A stretch of 64,000 nt of DNA from NCBI GenBank assembly GCA_944390105.1, contig CALXOV010000055.1:2930-66929 (forward strand). Direction: 5' to 3'. Origin of the DNA: an uncultured Succinivibrionaceae bacterium (GTDB taxonomy: Bacteria; Pseudomonadota; Gammaproteobacteria; Enterobacterales; Succinivibrionaceae). The translations under genes were made by a program, and so were the position numbers. Under the pieces are notes generated by a model. It searched no databases, had not been told where the DNA came from, and worked only from the letters and a program-made list of their open reading frames with translations. Of this stretch, positions 62,186 through 64,000 are shown in pieces. The stretch's first letter is position 1. Each line of letters starts with the position of its first letter.

Positions 62186-62331
62186 CTCCAAAATTATACG
62201 TATATCTTTTATCCGACACTGCAATACCGCTCCCGCTCACTGCACTCAGCTCCTATATCGGCTCTACTGCGCTGCAGCAATCTGCTACCTACTAATTTAA
62301 GCTTAGAATGCTTAGTAGCGGGATTTTGCGG

Positions 62332-63360
62332 CTAATTGTTGACTGCTTTCACCTGCGCCAAAGCATCCACTCTATCTTCATAATACGGGCACAGCACCGC
62401 ATGCGCTACCTGCAGGCGCTCTAAAAGTTCCTGTGCACTGTGTTGCTGCCGGTATGCCGCCTCTAACGGATAAAGCGGCAGCACCTGAAAGATATTCACT
62501 CGAAAACCATCTGGCAACTGATAACTCTGAGCCGCACGTGGATAGTCGCCTAAGGCCGTAAGCATCAGCGCACTGGCGCGCACCGCCGGCACCAAGGGCG
62601 CACCGTTATCAACGGTATAGCCAAAACCGACGAAATGATCACTAAGGCGTATCTGCGCAGTTAAATCCAAAAGAAACTTAAACGGGTAATAGTAAGCAAG
62701 CTCACTTCTATCCACGGGCCAAGCCTTAGGCAAAGCAAGAGCCAGCTCAAGACAGGAATTTTCCTTAGCATCAGCACCGGGCGGCACCGCTTGGCGCAAT
62801 GCAGACAGCCCCTTGGTTACTACTAAGTAATAATCGTGACCATCCTGCGGGGCAAAAACGATAAGCTCAACCTTATCGCCTTTAAGCGTGGCATGCACCT
62901 TACCAAAATGCTGCGACGCATGCGCATCAAAGGCGGCACTTTCTGCCGCATTAAGCGATCGCACCGCCGCAGCTTTATAGATAAGTTGCAGCTGTGCTTC
63001 AATACGCGCGAAAAGCTCGGGCTGAGTAAGCGGAACAAAACGCCGCGCCCGCTCAAGGCGCAACAGCGCATCCTGCAGCAGATTTTCTTTAATTAAAGTC
63101 AGTGCCTTAAGATACAGATACTGCGCGTCATTGCCTCCCTCATCTTCAAAAGTATTGAGAATATCTTCGGCGCGGCGCAGGCAGAAATCGTCTTGCTTTT
63201 GATTATGCAAATTTAAATACGCGCGCACTAAATACAGTGCTAAAGTCAAATCAATACTATCTTGTGCCTCAAGCATATCTACCGCCTGTTGATAAGCACT
63301 TTTTACTAAAAGTTCATCAAGCTTGGTGCACAGCGCGGTTTTTTCATCATTGGTTAACAT
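62332..63360 (-). CDS. SUFU-like (suppressor-of-fused domain) protein with an N-terminal helical/TPR-like region
   Basis: The C-terminal half (YYLVVTKGLSAL...CLELALALPKAWP...YYYPFKFLLDL) resembles bacterial SUFU-domain (PF05076) proteins. Start chosen at ATG 63358-63360 (MLTNDEK...), preceded by AAGGGAAAG. The ORF-track start is 63417. Confidence 0.55.
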   Translation of the reverse strand: MLTNDEKTALCTKLDELLVKSAYQQAVDMLEAQDSIDLTLALYLVRAYLNLHNQKQDDFCLRRAEDILNTFEDEGGNDAQYLYLKALTLIKENLLQDALLRLERARRFVPLTQPELFARIEAQLQLIYKAAAVRSLNAAESAAFDAHASQHFGKVHATLKGDKVELIVFAPQDGHDYYLVVTKGLSALRQAVPPGADAKENSCLELALALPKAWPVDRSELAYYYPFKFLLDLTAQIRLSDHFVGFGYTVDNGAPLVPAVRASALMLTALGDYPRAAQSYQLPDGFRVNIFQVLPLYPLEAAYRQQHSAQELLERLQVAHAVLCPYYEDRVDALAQVKAVNN

Positions 63361-63497
63361 GAAATGCTTTCCCTTAATCTCAGGCTTCACTAAATACGGC
63401 AAAGCTCTAAGCGACATCTGCCATGACTACAGTTCAGGCAGCACGCTTAGAGCTCAGCTTCCCCGCACCAGTTTAGGTGCAGGCCTTTAGGCTAATG

Positions 63498-64000
63498 TTA
63501 CAGATGCAGTGCGTGCTCACCGCGGGCAATGCCGCACACTCCTGAGCGCACAGTTTCGATTACATCCGCCTGTTTAGCGATCACCTCTAAAAAGCGCATA
63601 ATCTCAGCTGACGTATTAACGTACTGCAACACGTACAACTCCGGAGTTACATCCACAATCTGCGCTTTAAAGATATCGCACAGACTCTTGAGCTCATCAC
63701 GCACCGCACGGCTCATTGCCTGTACTTTGACAAACAAGATCTCGCGCTCCACCGCCCCTTCGGGGTTTTCATCTAAAATCGACACCTTAATCACATTGAT
63801 AAGCTTGTGGATCTGCTTGGAGATATGTTCAATTTCCACCCCCTCAGATTCGGTCACAATTGTGATGCGCGAAATGGACGGATCTTCAGTAGGGCCTGCC
63901 GAAATGGTTTCGATATTATAGCCGCGCTGCGAGAACAAACCTACCACGCGGGAGAGCGCACCGTTCTGATTTTCAAGCAGAATTGAAATGATATGACGCA
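63498..64000 (-). CDS. ilvH: second acetolactate synthase small-subunit paralog (the first base of the start codon lies just beyond the window end)
   Basis: Reading the frame back to the window edge gives (M)RHIISILLENQNGALSRVVGLFSQRGYNIETIS.... The GTG start in the ORF track is internal. By eye, roughly half the residues are identical to the ilvH at 47663-48163. Confidence 0.85.
   Translation of the reverse strand, partial: RHIISILLENQNGALSRVVGLFSQRGYNIETISAGPTEDPSISRITIVTESEGVEIEHISKQIHKLINVIKVSILDENPEGAVEREILFVKVQAMSRAVRDELKSLCDIFKAQIVDVTPELYVLQYVNTSAEIMRFLEVIAKQADVIETVRSGVCGIARGEHALHL

Larger units (their letters stand above)
50100..62230. other. low-GC genomic island carrying a five-gene McrBC-related conflict-system candidate; no integrase, tRNA or terminal repeats seen
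   Basis: Hand counts of G+C per 60-nt line: 51001-51060 = 15/60 and 52101-52160 = 9/60, versus 31/60 for the flanking host line 48001-48060. The composition changes visibly near 50050-50100 and near 62230. Confidence 0.75.

Noticed and set aside
47663-64000. The two ilvH paralogs flanking the island, considered as direct repeats or att-like duplication created by island insertion.
   Set aside because: They are only about half identical at the protein level by eye, and each belongs to its own gene context. They are old paralogs, not a target-site duplication.
1-64000. Scan for CRISPR arrays, tRNA/rRNA genes, IS elements, integrases and prophage genes.
   Set aside because: I noticed no regularly spaced direct repeats, no tRNA-like T-arm/acceptor patterns, no rRNA-like segments, and no transposase- or integrase-like ORFs in the six-frame track.

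Overview
About 64 kb of a roughly 50% GC chromosome with gammaproteobacterial housekeeping synteny: tig-clpP-clpX-lon-hupB-ppiD, then sucCD, speA, metG, glk, glnS, bamC-purC, pykA and ilvIH. I found no rRNA, tRNA, CRISPR array, IS element or integrase. Accessory content includes a ribose-type sugar ABC transporter, two tandem MATE efflux genes, a roughly 1660-aa autotransporter with an A12 tract upstream, a GH84-like/HNH gene pair and a SUFU-like protein. The main finding is a roughly 12 kb low-GC island (about 50100-62230, minus strand) lying between the ilvIH operon and a second ilvH paralog. It carries five tightly coupled genes. In transcription order they are: (1) an SF1/Upf1-like helicase fused to a C-terminal Vsr/DUF559-like nuclease; (2) a membrane-anchored coiled-coil protein; (3) a membrane-anchored coiled-coil protein fused to a McrB-like AAA+ NTPase; (4) a McrC/DUF2357-like partner with no obvious catalytic motif; and (5) a divergent Hsp70-like protein (NBD plus beta-sandwich) with a long helical tail. 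This looks like a McrBC-derived, coiled-coil-containing conflict system. From memory, its architecture resembles the computationally described CoCoNuT class, which I believe has not been characterised experimentally. All domain calls come from reading motifs by eye and need profile or structure searches.
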